Part shown: positions 24,261-38,164 of the stretch, piece after piece | Layout of the letters: the number at the start of each line of letters is the position of its first letter | Position numbering within the stretch: position 1 is the stretch's first letter | NCBI RefSeq assembly: GCF_006345805.1 | Contig: NC_043007.1 | Span: forward strand, 57,970,001-58,034,000 | Length of the DNA: 64,000 nt | Reading direction: 5' to 3' | DNA from: Octopus sinensis | Lineage: Eukaryota | Made by a program: the position numbers and the translations under genes | Notes under the pieces: model-generated | What the model was told of the DNA's origin: nothing | The model's database searches: none | Seen by the model: only the letters and a program-made list of their open reading frames with translations

Positions 24261-24804
24261 TCTACTCGTTTATGGACTTTTATATCATCTCAAGATTCTA
24301 ATGGTTCAGAAAATTATACAGTTCCATCTAACAATTTTCAAAATAAGCGTGGAATTTCCACAGAATACTACTAGTATATCTTATTCTTGTGTAAGTCAAT
24401 TTTTTTTTCCATATTCATGTTCATTTGTAGGAGTATAATGCATTAACTCGGCCCGTTTTTGGCACCAGCCTTCCGAATATTATGGACACAGAACAGTTCG
24501 TTTTGCCACAACTGATGGAACAAATATTATTCCACACAAGGGCTGGATTTACTGAGTTTCGCAAGATAAAAATGTATTATTTTGGTATGGCTGTTTGATA
24601 AGAGACTGGCATAAAGGTGCATCTCTCTTTGCAACATAGGCCTACCAACTAAACATTTCCTCTTCCGAGTATTTTGTATTGGAGGCTGTTTTAGTAAAAG
24701 AATTGTATTAAAGTTTTCAGCTAGTTTCAACTGATAAAATGTTCCAAAATGCGAAAATACATCTGTCCACAGAGAAAGAAAAAATAATAAATATTATTAT
24801 TATT

Positions 24805-25683
24805 ATCCTTTCTACTATAGATACATGGCCTGAAATTTGGGGCAAGGAGACTAGTCAATTACATCGATCCCAGTGCTTGACTGGTACTCGTTTTATCGAC
24901 CCAGGAAAGGATGAAAGGCAAAGTCGACCATGGCGGAATTTGGACTCTGAACGTAGCGGCGGGTGAAATACAGCGAAGCGTTTCGATCAGCGTGCTTAAC
25001 GATTCTGCCAGCTCGCCGCCTTAAATAATAATAATAATAACTATAATGATTTCAAATGTTGGCACAAGGTCAGCAGTTTTAGGGGAGGGATAAATCATAA
25101 GTCGATAATACCGATCCCAACGCTCAACATATTTTATTGACCCTGAAAGGATGAAAGGCAAAATCGATCCCGGCAGTATTTGAACTCAGAACGTAAGTTG
25201 AAAGAAATGCCGCTGAGCATTTTAACCGGCATTCTAACGATCCTGCCAGCTCCACCACCTTAATATTAACAATATTAATAATTCTTTCTACTATAGGCAC
25301 AAGGCCTGAAATTTAGGGGAGAGGGACAGTCGATTACATCGACCCCAAGTGGTACTTAATTTATCGACCCCGTAAGGATGAAAGGCAAAGTCGACATCGG
25401 TGAAATTTGAACCGCTAAGCATTTCACCCGGCTTGCTAACGATTCTGCCAGTTCGCCACCTTAATATTATTATTATAATCTTTTCTACTATAGGCACAAG
25501 GCCCGAAATTTGGTGGGAAGGCACTAGTCAATTATATTAACCCAGTGTTTCACTGGTACTTACCCTGAAAGGATGAAAGGCAAGGTCGACCTTGGTGGAA
25601 TTTGAACTCAGAGTGTAACGACGGGAGAAATACCACTAAGCATTTCGTTCAGCACGCTATCGATTCTGCCAGTTCGCCACCTT
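24805..25683 (-). mobile_element. Stack of four Meta/MESC-like SINE copies
   Basis: Copies at ~24805-25022, 25050-25261, 25283-25462 and 25478-25683, each with gaaaggatgaaaggcaa..gtcga, separated by (ATT)n/(TAA)n. Confidence 0.88.
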
Positions 25684-26330
25684 AATATTATTATAATAAC
25701 AACGACAATAACAACAACATCAAGTTCTAAAGCTTCTTTCACTATAATATGACACAACTGTGTGTTCAAATTCATTAAACGGGTGAAACTGTATACGTGA
25801 CTTGTTGGTTTGGGGCTTGATTGCACGTTTGTTTGTTGCTTGCTTCTCTGAGAGGATGGTTTTTGTTGCTCGTTTCTCTTCAAAAATGTAAACGAAGTTC
25901 GTCCGTAATCGAAGAGCGTTGTCTTTGTTATTGAATTAATTATTCATAATACAACGAAATTAGTTCTAACAATAATTACTCAGAGTAACGTATATAAGTT
26001 TGACTCTAAATCGTGTTTTGAAAGCAAATTCAACATAAATCTCTGCTTAAGTCGGCAGTAATTCATTGGTTTCTATCAAATTTAACCAGACCAAAGAAGT
26101 GTTTTACAATAATTTCTTGTCAAACTTCAGCGTGCGTTGCCATCATAACGTAGAAAACTCAGATTTATAACAAGTCCGCGGGAGAATGTACCTTCTGCTA
26201 AATCACATGACCTGTTCAATATTAATCGATCTTAATAACAAAACAAAACAAAAAACACTTTCTCTCGTTCTCTTTTCGCCTCTCTAAAAATTCGAACCTC
26301 GTCATTTCAAGCTATAATTGTGTCCTATAA

Positions 26331-26641
26331 GTGAAGGCGCGTGACTCACTGTTTATAGTATTGGCTCTCGATTGTAAGTTGTGAGTTCGAAAACCGGCAG
26401 TGCGTTGTCTCCTTGAGCAAGTCACTTTATTTCACGTCGCTCCAGTCCACTCAGCTGGCAAAAATGAGCAGTACCTGTAATTCAAAGGGTCAGCCTTGTC
26501 CCATTCTGTGTCACACTGAATCTTCCTGAAAACTACGTGAAGGGTACGCGCGTCTCACTCGCACGTTAATTTCACGAGCAGGCTGGTCCGTTGATTGGAT
26601 CAACTGGAACCTTTGTCGTCGTAATCGACGGAGTACTAGTA
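26331..26641 (+). mobile_element. CORE-type SINE, tail type B, with 11-bp TSD
   Basis: Head and CORE as in type A, different 3' tail. gtgtcctataa at 26320-26330 and 26642-26652. Confidence 0.88.
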
Positions 26642-27046
26642 GTGTCCTATAACATAGTGGCTGCGTCCATATTTAGACAACTGGTCAATATATTCACTTT
26701 GAAGTACAACAGCTAATCTGACTGCCTTACTTTATGTACGCCCAGTTTGCTACGTTTGTCTGTTATTCTGCAATTTGCGATTGGTTTATTTCAGTAGCTA
26801 GCAACAATAACGACGTCAGCCACAACCACAACAATCATATCGTAAGTCCCGTTTAAACACTTCCAGCACCAATGCCCACCAACTATAATAAAGAAGTAAG
26901 GCAAGAAATCTCCTAAATGGTCAATCAACCAACTAGATATAGTAGCGTTGTCTCCTTCAAATCACATTCTAGGTTCTTAATAAGGCGAAAGAAATTTTGG
27001 ACAATATACTCCAAAGGATGATCACCATCATCGTAATTATTGTCAC

Positions 27047-27087
<41 letters not shown>

Positions 27088-30048
27088 CCACCAACTCCAC
27101 CACTACCGACACCGACACCATCAAGGCCAGCACCACCGTCTTCATCGACGTCGTCGTTGTTATTGTGTTTGTGATGGTGGTGGTTTCGTAATCTGCTAAT
27201 TACATTACTTATGCGTGTTTTGATAACGATAATCACTTGAACGGGACACAGTTGTCTTTCGAAGCGGTGCTAGCCTACTGTGCCTGCTGATATTGCCTCG
27301 CAGGTTCAATTACGCGGCCAGTCAGCACGCGTCTCACACTGGGGTAGACAACGACGTATGGATATATGTATAACATGTGTATGTGTGTGTGAGAGTGTGT
27401 GGGTATGTGTGTGTGTGCGCGCGCGCGTATTTGAGTCAGTTCCTCTCCCCATATGTGTGCATGTATCTTTAATAGTTTGCATGCATACATCTATATATTT
27501 ATATATACATACATCCATGTATATGTATATATATGTGTGTGTGTTTGTGTGTGTATGAATAATATATTTGTCTGTCTGTATGTATGCATGCATGTATGTA
27601 TGTATGTATGTATGTATGTATGTATGTATGTATGTATGTATGTATGTATGCATGTATGTATGTATGGGCGTGTTTCGTAACTGTACAGTTGTGAATGTGC
27701 GTACATAAGTATATGTGTATGACAATCAGAAAGTGAAACGTAGGAGGAAATTGCGGAAGAGGTATAGGATGAGGAATAATGTTGGTGGGAAGGATGAAGG
27801 AATAAGGGGGTGATGGATTTATTTTAGGACGGTGTAACAAGGCTGTAAGAGCGATGTAGCGTACACGCATGTGTGTATGTATATTTATGTGTTTGTGTAT
27901 ACGTGTACGCTGCTGTGTTGATACGTTATGCACACTAATAGGGTTAGTGGGACATATGTGAGGATGAGTATGAGTTTGATTGTAGAGGAGAGGTCAGTAA
28001 AAATAGCGATGTGCGATGGAGCGCATTTGCTTGAGGACGTGTCCGTTGATGTACAGTATGTCTGCGTGTGCGTATGTATATGTCTGTCTATGTACATTTA
28101 CATGTTGTGTGTGCGTGTGTATGTGTGAGAGCGTGTGTTCTACGCATTCACGTGCGTGGTACAAACAAAATGGCGATTCTGTTTACGGTCATTCATGTGG
28201 TAATATATGTGGTAGTAGTAGTTGTACAAATATTGATATTAGTGGTGTTAATGCTTGTTCGGTGCTGCTAGTGGTGGTGCCTTTGGTGGTGGTGGTGGTG
28301 GTGGTGGCGACTTTGGTAATGGTGATGGTAGTGGTGGCCTTGATGGCGGTGATGGTGGTGGCTTTAGTGGTGATGGTGATGTATGTGATAGTAGCGGGTA
28401 GGCATGAGATAATGGTGTTGTGTTTATGGTGATGGTTGTGTGGATTGTGAACGCTAGAAATGTAGCTTGCAGCAAGGCATGTGTTTGTGTATCACTGATT
28501 ATGTGTATAATTAATTGATGATTGTTAGACGATGGTGTTGATTTTAATAGTAACATCCTATATAACGTTAATTTCTTTTGTCTCTCTACACAAGACAATT
28601 ATTACTGATATGAACGTAGTGTCTAGTATGGAGAATGTATATATTACCGACATTTTAACAGATTATTCATACCAAGCACTTTTCTTTTGTTTTTTTCATA
28701 CTAAAGAATATATTATGGGGAAAACCTCAAAATTTTTATCCAACACAATAACAGTAAACTAATAAAAAGAATTAAATATATTGGGCAGTCACAAACGGCT
28801 GTCATGAATAGACAATTTCACCGTGGACAGAGAAAGAGGGATCGGTCCATCCTGTTCACGTTCTCTTCAACAACCATTTATTCCTCTGTCATCTGACCAC
28901 TGTGAAATTTTATTTATTAAACCAATAATTTATTCAGTAGAACTATAAAAAATTAATCAAATATTCAAATCGGAGTTCTTGGCTTAATAAAGCACTTAGA
29001 TAATAGTGTATTAAATTAGAAATTCACAGTGGATAGTTAAGAGAAAGGTAAGCGATAGCTGACGAAGCTGTTAACACGCTTGAAACCAGTCCAGTGGTTC
29101 CTTTATTTTGTTCATAGTCAGGTCTGATAAACGCAATAGTCCTTTACGACTGTCCAATGTAATTAGGTTCAATTAGTTTAATCAGTCAGTGACGGTTAAA
29201 ATATTTGGTGTTATCCAATAGTAAACCTCAGTATTTATTTTATGACTCTTGGAGGATGAAAGTGAAAGTTGATCGTGGCAGTATATTGTGTGGTAATGTG
29301 TAAAAAGCACAAAACTTGATATTGTTAAGCATTTCGTCCAACCCTCTACCGCTTCTTTGCCTCAATGCAATAATTACTTGAACCAACATCGAGATACAGG
29401 GCTAATTATTTAACCTGGAGCTAAAAGCCGAATGTATCTATCGATCTCTCCTATCCCTCTCACCTCTCTCTCTCTTTCTCTCTCCACACATACACACACA
29501 TACATGCGCACACACATAAACATATATATGTTTTTATCCAAAATGGAGACGAACAATATTCCTCTTTGTGATCGACTTGAAAAATTGTAAACATATCAAG
29601 ATATTTTCTTAACATGAAACCAAGTGTATCCTTAATGCACAAATATACAAATAAAGAAATTTTACCCATCAAGCCGTATTGAGCACTTATTTTCATTGTG
29701 CGGCATTTACGTACACACACATATGCACACACACACCACACACACCATACACCATACACACGCACGCAAACACAGACACACATAATATTATACCACAGAA
29801 CCTCCCCAAACTAGACACCAATATCTTATCTAGTAAGCGTTATCTAAGCTTAATAAGGTCATCTATGAAGAAAACCAACCAATATTAATGTAAGTAATCT
29901 CCACAAAGCATGAATCTACAAACACTTTCCACTTTACAAAAATGAAGGACAACTCAGAATAACGAGACTAAGATATAAAAGTTCACAAACAAGTATGACA
30001 AGTATATGTTCCCGTCATCAACTGCCAAATGGATATCATTGTGGTATG

Positions 30049-30133
<85 letters not shown>

Positions 30134-30435
30134 TTTTATTCTTTTAATTGTTTCAATAATTTGACTGCGGCCATGCTGGAGCATCGCTTTAAAGAGTTTT
30201 AGTCACAGAAATCGACACCAGGACTTATTCTATCAATCTCTTTTGCTTAACCGCTAAGTTACAGGAACGTTAACATCGATTCTTCAGTGATGGTGGAACG
30301 GACAAAAACACACAAAGACACACACATAAATGTATACATATACACACACACCACACACACATATATATATATATATATTATATATATATATATTAATACA
30401 TATATATATATATATATATATATGATACTACATAC

Positions 30436-30469
<34 letters not shown>

Positions 30470-30490
30470 GTATGTATATATATATATATA

Positions 30491-30535
<45 letters not shown>

Positions 30536-30604
30536 GTATATATATATGCATGTATGTATAGATATATGCCCTTTAATTCCCAGTTATACCAGTTATATAT
30601 GTGA

Positions 30605-31700
30605 TGGCATAGATTTCATCCAGCAATCCCATCCACTGTCCCAGAAGTTACTATACTTTAAAGTTTTGACATTCCCAATCTTTATACCAATATACCTCAC
30701 GCTTTAGGCCTGGAAGCAGCCAAGCACTGGGTAGAGAAACATAGAGGACGGATAGATGAACGCTTCAAGACTGACTTCATCACGAAGGCCACTCGCCTGG
30801 TACTAAAAGAAAATACATTTAGATTCGATAGTAAAATATAACGACAGTTAAGGCACGACTATGGGGACGCGGTTCGCACCGTCATATGCGAACTTAGTCA
30901 TGGGATACTTGGAAGAAAATCTTTATGAGGAAGTAGAGAAAACTTTTGTTCAGGAGTACAAAAAATATATCATTAAAAAGTGGAAACGCTTCCTTGATGA
31001 TTGCTTCAGCTTTTGAGACAAATCAAACGAAGACCTAAATACATTTAACACTATACTGAACACACTTCACACTGACCTCAAAATACGTGAAATTCAACTC
31101 AATGAGCTCAAAAGCTTCCTCACAATGCAGAAATACCCCTTAGGATTCATTAATGAGGGAATTAAAAAGGCGACGAAACTGAGCATCACCCAACTATGGA
31201 CAGCTAAGGAAAACATTAATGAACACACGAATCTGTTTGTTAACACACACAGTCCTTGGATAACCAACATCTTTCACGCCATAAAATCGAACTTACCTAT
31301 ACTCATCCAGAGCCCCATAATGCAACATCAACAACAAATTTAAATACTTAGAAAGTGGTTCCCACATAAAATTCAAGAGCGGATTCTCGTTCAAAATAAA
31401 TGCAGACATGAACTGCAAAACATCGATCCTCATATACTGAATTACCTGCCCCAACTGCAAAGAAAATTAGATAGGTGAAACAAATAATTCCCTCTGCCAA
31501 CGTGTAAGAATCCACAGGCAACATATCCGACAAGAGGAATTATGCAAGATTCCGCTCAGCAAGCATTTGGAAATATGCAGAGACGGAAAATTCTAAATAT
31601 TCCCCTTTTACAAATGTTTACAGGATAACCTGCAATACCGAAAAGCAATGGAGCTACACTTCATCAAAAAATTCTCTCTGAAATTGAATGTATGAAAGAA
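30605..31700 (+). pseudogene. Decayed Neptune-like PLE (RT plus GIY-YIG)
   Basis: LYTNIPHALGLEA, TMGTRFAPSYANLVMGYLE, KWKRFLDDCF, MNCKT..LIY.ITCPNCKEN.IGETNNSL. Many stops. Confidence 0.85.
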
Positions 31701-31825
31701 AAGCGGGGAATTTGCATTTCTGATTTTAAATGTAGCTCCAATATTGGAAACACGATACTAATCTCTATAAATATTCAGGTGTATATAATATATATATATA
31801 TATGATATATATATATATATATATT

Positions 31826-33420
31826 ATTGGGAAAACGGTAAGATAACAAAAGACCTTACTTTTCAGTGAGAACGCAAAGTGGGTCAAAAACACCGACACA
31901 GAGGGCGCTTTGATGTGAGCATGGGGTCATACGATGGGGCAGGCATTTGCGATCTTATTGGATTTTTTCTCTATAACCTTAGGTAAGACATTCCCTGACG
32001 TACATTTCGCCATCTACAAAGATGATGCCCTCGCCTTAACAGCTAATACAAATGGACCACACACGATCGTTTTAGAAGGATATTATCCAGTTAATGAAAT
32101 ACTTCGGACTTAGTATAACTATAGATACTAACCTGACGGTTGTCAATTTCTTCTTAGACGTTTCCTTAGATCTTAATAAGAATATTCATAAGCCTTATAG
32201 GAAGCCCAATGATAGACTAAGTTTATTAATGTAGGTTCATGCCTCCCCCTATAGTATTCAAAATTTAGTTAAAAATTAGTAAGAGGATTTCTAGCCTCTC
32301 CTCTGATAAGGGACATTTTAATAGCGTTGCCCCAGTTTATAATAAGGCTTCTTAAAAAATAGTGGTTTTAGCGAAAAAATAAAATATACACCCGTTACTG
32401 CCCAGCAGTAAGGAAAAGGAATAATAGAAATAGGAAGGTCATTGGTTTACACCCCCTTACTCACCCGAGGTGGCCTTCAATATAGGTAAATATTTCCTAG
32501 CACTGATAGATAGGACAATTTTCCAGTTAACCATACTTATAGGAAACTTTCAATAGACACAATTTAAAAATTAGTTTTAGTTCCACTACCAATTTTAAAA
32601 AATAATCAAACATAACATACAAAAAACACAACAAGAAAACAGTGTTCATGCAGGAATAAAGAATTGTGCCCGCTAAATGGAGCTTGCATGTCCAAGACCA
32701 TCATATATGAAGCCCCGTAGACTCTATAACCAATAAAGACACCGTTTCGACGAAGAAGAAATACGTGGGCCTTACAGAGGGTAATTTCAAGGCCAGGTTC
32801 AATAAACCACACTTTGAGCTTTAGGCACTGGAACAAAAGAAAAGCGACACAATTATCTAATCATATTGGTCTTTAAGAGATAAAGGGGTCGATTATAACA
32901 TACATTGGAAGATTTTGGCAATGTAAGCCCTATACCAGCGGAAGGTGCGGCCTATGCGACATGGAGAGATGGCTTATCTGGAAAAAGCAGCTTAGACCCT
33001 ACTACATGTCTAAACTCAAGGACAGAACTTTTCGGATCATGCCCATACGTGACTAAATTTCTGTTACGTTTTTGGTCCCCTTAAGAAAACAGAGTAGAAC
33101 ATGCTTTTGTAGTCCAAGAAGTTTTTTTACCTCTTCATACCTTCTAGCATATATTTATAATATATTTTATGTATATTTTTAAGATTTTTATATATTTTTT
33201 ATGGCGAAAAGCGAGTGAGATGTGTACGTTTACATAGCGATGTATAAGTAAGGCAAGCAGAGTTATATAAACCTGTAATTTCCCTTTGTATAACGGTATT
33301 TTTTATCATAGCGTCTTCAAATAGCCAGATAACCGAAGAGATGGCGTGTGGATTCCCACTTCGGCATCTGAAACTCAGAGTTTTATCTTGACCATCGAGT
33401 ATGTAACCATATTTATTCTA
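31826..33420 (+). mobile_element. Naiad-like PLE, 5'-truncated, with inverted pLTR tip and 3' pLTR
   Basis: FDVSMGSYDGAGICDLIG, IYKDDAL, PYRKPN, CSCRNKELCPLNGAC..IIYEA, YVGLTEGNFKARF, CGLCDMER, LNSRTEL..CPYVTKF. Frameshifted; TA repeats on both flanks. Confidence 0.88.
33327..33388 (+). ncRNA. Hammerhead-like motif in the Naiad pLTR
   Basis: agataa/ttatct stem I, CCGAAGA, gatg/catc stem II plus one extra T, GAA, actc-a-gagt stem III, GUU triplet. Confidence 0.6.
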
Positions 33421-33428
33421 TATATATA

Positions 33429-33466
<38 letters not shown>

Positions 33467-35359
33467 TAATATTATATTATATATATTACTATATATAAAT
33501 TGAGATATTCTAACTTTACGAATTTTTCTAATTTGTAAATATTGTTTTTCATACAAAACATGAAATCGAAAGAAACCTGGCTCTTTATTTTTTTATTACA
33601 AAACTTTCTGATATCTTAAGGAAAGAGAAGAAAAGAAACACTCTTACTGTTGTTTCTGCCTCAATATTTATAACATAATACTCGTCTCTATTACAATGAG
33701 TTTTATTTTTCTAATTTATAAATATTATGCTAATGTTTGTTCATGCAAAAACATGAAATTAAAAGAAACCTGACTATTTTCAATGCAAAACATCGAAATT
33801 ACAGTGTAGGCATAGGCATATTTCCAAACACATGAACTCACGGGTACACACACACACACACATGCACACACACATGCACACACACATGCACACACACATA
33901 CACACACACACACACACACATGTAGAACTTTTCTTCCTTCTTGGCGCCCTAAGAAAAAATGATTTTAGTGATGACCGCACACATCCTTTTTCATTAGTTA
34001 CCCCATTCTAAAAGAGGTCACCCCAAAACACCAAAAAAAGCAAAAACAATGTTCTCCTCTTCTAATTAAAACACACCTGATTTATATAAATGAACAAACT
34101 GTTTGCACATTCACAATTTTATTTCACAAGTTCGAAGACGAAAGAAAGCGCTAATAATAATGACTAAATAAAAAGAAAACTTCTTTTCCCATAATTCTGG
34201 CGACCTCCTCTTTTCGCTATATTCAATATCTGTACACCACGTCTAACACTATTATAGGCATTTTATTCTATCTAGTTTTATTTTGATTTATTGGTTCTGT
34301 GAGTTTAATAATTTCGGTTTCACCCTTTCTATTTACTACTTAAGTTGGTTCCTCTCACATTGTTTTTTTTTAATTTTTTAAATTGAAAAATTGAAAATAT
34401 TTTAAAAATCTAAAATGTTTTTAATTTTTAATTTATTTTATAAGATATTATGAGTATTTTAATTTTGGTTCATCAGTGATTTAAAACGGTGAATTTTTAC
34501 ATCTAATTCATTTATCTTACAACCGTTTTGATATTTCAATATATTTATTTATTAGCTGACCCTGTACCGTTTATAAGTGATAACTAATTGTTATTTAAAC
34601 AAGGTCCAAAATGAAGTGCAGAATAATCACAGATACAAGCATTCACATATTTCCCAAGCACACACATACTCCAACAGAATTGGAATTGGAATGATGTCAG
34701 TTTTTTATTTTCAGATTTGTACGTTTTCATTACTTACGCACACACACACATTCACACACACCACAACACACACACACACACACGCACACACATACACACA
34801 CAAACATTCACATACCTCCCCTTTTCATACACACACATATACACATATACTCATACAGAGCTGAACGGTGGTTTTTACCTTATTCGCCCCTTCCTTTTCA
34901 TATGTTGAGAACAGAAGTTACACTCTACGTTCTTCTTTCTCAAACGGTTCTTACTTTCTCTTACTCTTCGAGTCATGGCTATTACTCTCTGCCTCTCCTT
35001 CACTGTATTACTATTTTCCTCTCCTTCCTCTTCACTTATACTACTCTTTCTCTTCCTCCGTTCTACTGTTTTACCTGTAGAAGGCTATTTTGGAAACAAA
35101 AGAACTGTTTTTTTCTTTTTATTTTCATTTTTGTTTGATATTACCATATTTTAAATTTGAATTAGGACATTTATTATTTTTTAGTGGATAATGTATCGGT
35201 TTGTAGTTATTAATTTTTAATTTTTGATTAGATAACCCTATTATTTTTTGTAGTTAATTTTTGTTCCATTAAATTTATCTGTTCTGTTTTTTTTTTTAGA
35301 TATTTATATATTACATATCGTGAATTGTAATTTGATAAAACGCTGAAGTGTTTATATAT

Positions 35360-35390
<31 letters not shown>

Positions 35391-35981
35391 TAATAGGAAA
35401 AATCTCAATTGCCTAGACCGTATTATATATATATATATATATACATATATTCTGGTTTTGAATATTTGGCGTTCTAGCTATTTTTCATTCTATTATTATT
35501 TGTTCGTTCCCGTCTGGGCTATGAAAGGTCTTTGTATATTTTTGTTGGTCGTAATTATTCATACTAGAATGTAATTCCTGACGAAGTATCTAATTTATAT
35601 TTCATGAAAAATTTTTCGTTTTAGTCTTTGGAATTAATTAGACTCCGAAAAAGTTTGTAGAATGTATATTGGTTCAGTACCAACCTGGATTGTGAATTAA
35701 AGTTCGCCAACACCTACAATATTTATCTCCTTATACTTCATTTATTGTGTTTACAAATACAGAATATATATTTTTATATATATTCTTTACTTGGACTCTG
35801 CCAGCGAACTCGAATGTTTGACATCCTTTGAAGGTTTTCGGTCCTCACCTCTTATATATATATATATATTATTATATATATATATATATCATATGTATAT
35901 GTGTGTGTGGGTGTGTGGTGTGTGTGTGTGTTGTGTGTGTGTGTGTGTGGTGTGTCTGTGTGTTGGTGTGTGTGGTGTGTG

Positions 35982-36081
35982 NNNNNNNNNNNNNNNNNNN
36001 NNNNNNNNNNNNNNNNNNNNNNNNNNNNNNNNNNNNNNNNNNNNNNNNNNNNNNNNNNNNNNNNNNNNNNNNNNNNNNNNN
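35982..36081. other. Assembly gap (100 N)
   Basis: Direct reading. Confidence 1.
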
Positions 36082-36686
36082 CTCGTGTCTCGAGATTATT
36101 ATTGGAAATTCTGTTTCTATAAGGATATATTTGTGAGGTAGGGTGGCGAGATCATGTATATATATATTAATGCACAGGTAAGGTTATCTGGGGTTACATA
36201 TCCGAATCACAGACTCGCTCAAGCGGCTATTTTGCCTGAATAAAGACATTATCTTCTCAATTCGCTTATGTGTGTCCTCGAACAGTTTCTTTAGACCATT
36301 CTTCGGAGTTGTAATTTTGTTTGCCATATTTATCAATAAACATACACTAGACTGTCCGCACATGATGAATTGTATCCATCCATCCATCCATCCATCCATC
36401 CATCCATACATACATACATACATACATACATACATACATACGTACATATGCGCACACACACACACACACGCACGCACAAACACACACACATATATACTAG
36501 AGTAAGCACATAAATGCAAAACGAGGTGGAAAATATAGTACTTGAATACCGGAGGTAGAGTAATATGCTTTATTAATAAAGCAACAAAAATATCACAAAA
36601 ACTGTAACTCAGAGTTCTCGTTCCGTTCGCCCCGGAATCTCTGAGTAACAGTTTTTTGTGATATTTTTGTTGCTTTTGTAATAAAG

Positions 36687-36720
<34 letters not shown>

Positions 36721-37569
36721 GATATGATATATATTATATATATTATAAAATATATATATATAAAAGTAAACTAGCACTTTTTTTTGTTTTTTTAAAAGCG
36801 CGAAATGTGTGTATGTAACTACAAGTAAGATAATTTATTTTCGATTGCAGAAATACTGTAAGACCGACAAAAATTTTGGGGAAATTACTCTTCTAAATCA
36901 TCTAAAATCGGATGTTGTCAGCAGGCAGTTTAACTTCATAGTAAAGTCTTAGCCAGAGTCATATCAAGATATATGGGTTCGAATCCCACTTGCTGACAAA
37001 TTTTTCCACTTGATAAAGGTAATTTAATATATATATTTATATATGTATTACACAATATAACACGTTTTGTTTATCTGTATTTTTTAATGTTCATATATGC
37101 ATTTTTTACCACCAAATTCAAAAATCATATTCGTTTTGACGTAACATCCATAGTCATTTATTTATTTCTAAATTTATATTCGCTCGTTATATTTGTAACT
37201 TTTCTCTACAGCACTTTGTTGGTTCAATCTATTCTAGTATTGTAAGGATAATTGCACAATATTTAGTATTTTTTCATATATTGAAAGGTATTTAGGAAGT
37301 ATTAGTTAGAACAAACAGAAACAACAAAACCCTGTACTGTAAATGCCTTGATAACTCTTTTCTTAAGATGAGTACTTTTTTTAAAATGACCGCTAAACAA
37401 AGGGAAATTACTGTGTGATTGACCGTTATTAAGACAAAAGAGCTATTAGAATGATAGCTAAGTAAGGAGACGGAGTAAAAGTAAGGGAGTAAAAATGTTC
37501 ATAGTAATCGCGTAAGCGCACATGTCCATACATACACATGCGCGCTCGCACACCCCAAACATGGGCGCC

Positions 37570-37621
<52 letters not shown>

Positions 37622-37765
37622 GTATACATACATACATATGTATACGTATACACAAGCAACATACATAGACGTTCACGTTCGTTTTGTATAAGTATGTGTG
37701 TTTAGAGAGAGAAAGATCCCTACATGCATATATAAAATGAAATATTTCACGATAGATAGATAGAC

Positions 37766-37880
37766 AGAAGAAGAAGAAGAAGAAGAAGAAGAAGAAGAAG
37801 AAGAAGAAGAAGAAGAAGAAGAAGAAGAAGAAGAAGACAGAAGAAGAAGAGAAGAAGAAGGAGGAGGAGGAGGAGTAGAA
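37766..37880. repeat. (AGA)n microsatellite
   Basis: Direct reading. Another lies at ~38768-38888. Confidence 0.97.
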
Positions 37881-38110
37881 GAAATTTTATACAATTCTTA
37901 TAACGTCAGAAATATAATTTTCGAATAAGATTTCTAAAATGGATAGAGGAATTCGAAGAGTTGCTTTGGTCTAATGGTAGAACGTCTGTCAGTAGATGTG
38001 GTCGTGTCACCCTGCCGGCCTTCGACTTTTACTATTGAAAATGCTTTTTCCACCTAATATTTACATGCTATTACTTATATCTGATATGCGCTTTGATATT
38101 AACTATTCCA

Positions 38111-38164
<54 letters not shown>

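Noticed and set aside
28170-28199. aaaATGGCG start context followed by a GT (MAILFTVIHV)
   Set aside because: Weak donor, embedded in low-complexity sequence, and no linked downstream exon.
31438-31440. TGA at a Cys position of the GIY-YIG region (possible selenocysteine, as reported for some Naiads)
   Set aside because: The element is Neptune-like, has many other stops, and no SECIS was identified. A point mutation is the simpler explanation.
36184-36330. Minus-strand short ORF MANKITTPKNG...
   Set aside because: No recognisable domain or splice context; next to the gap.
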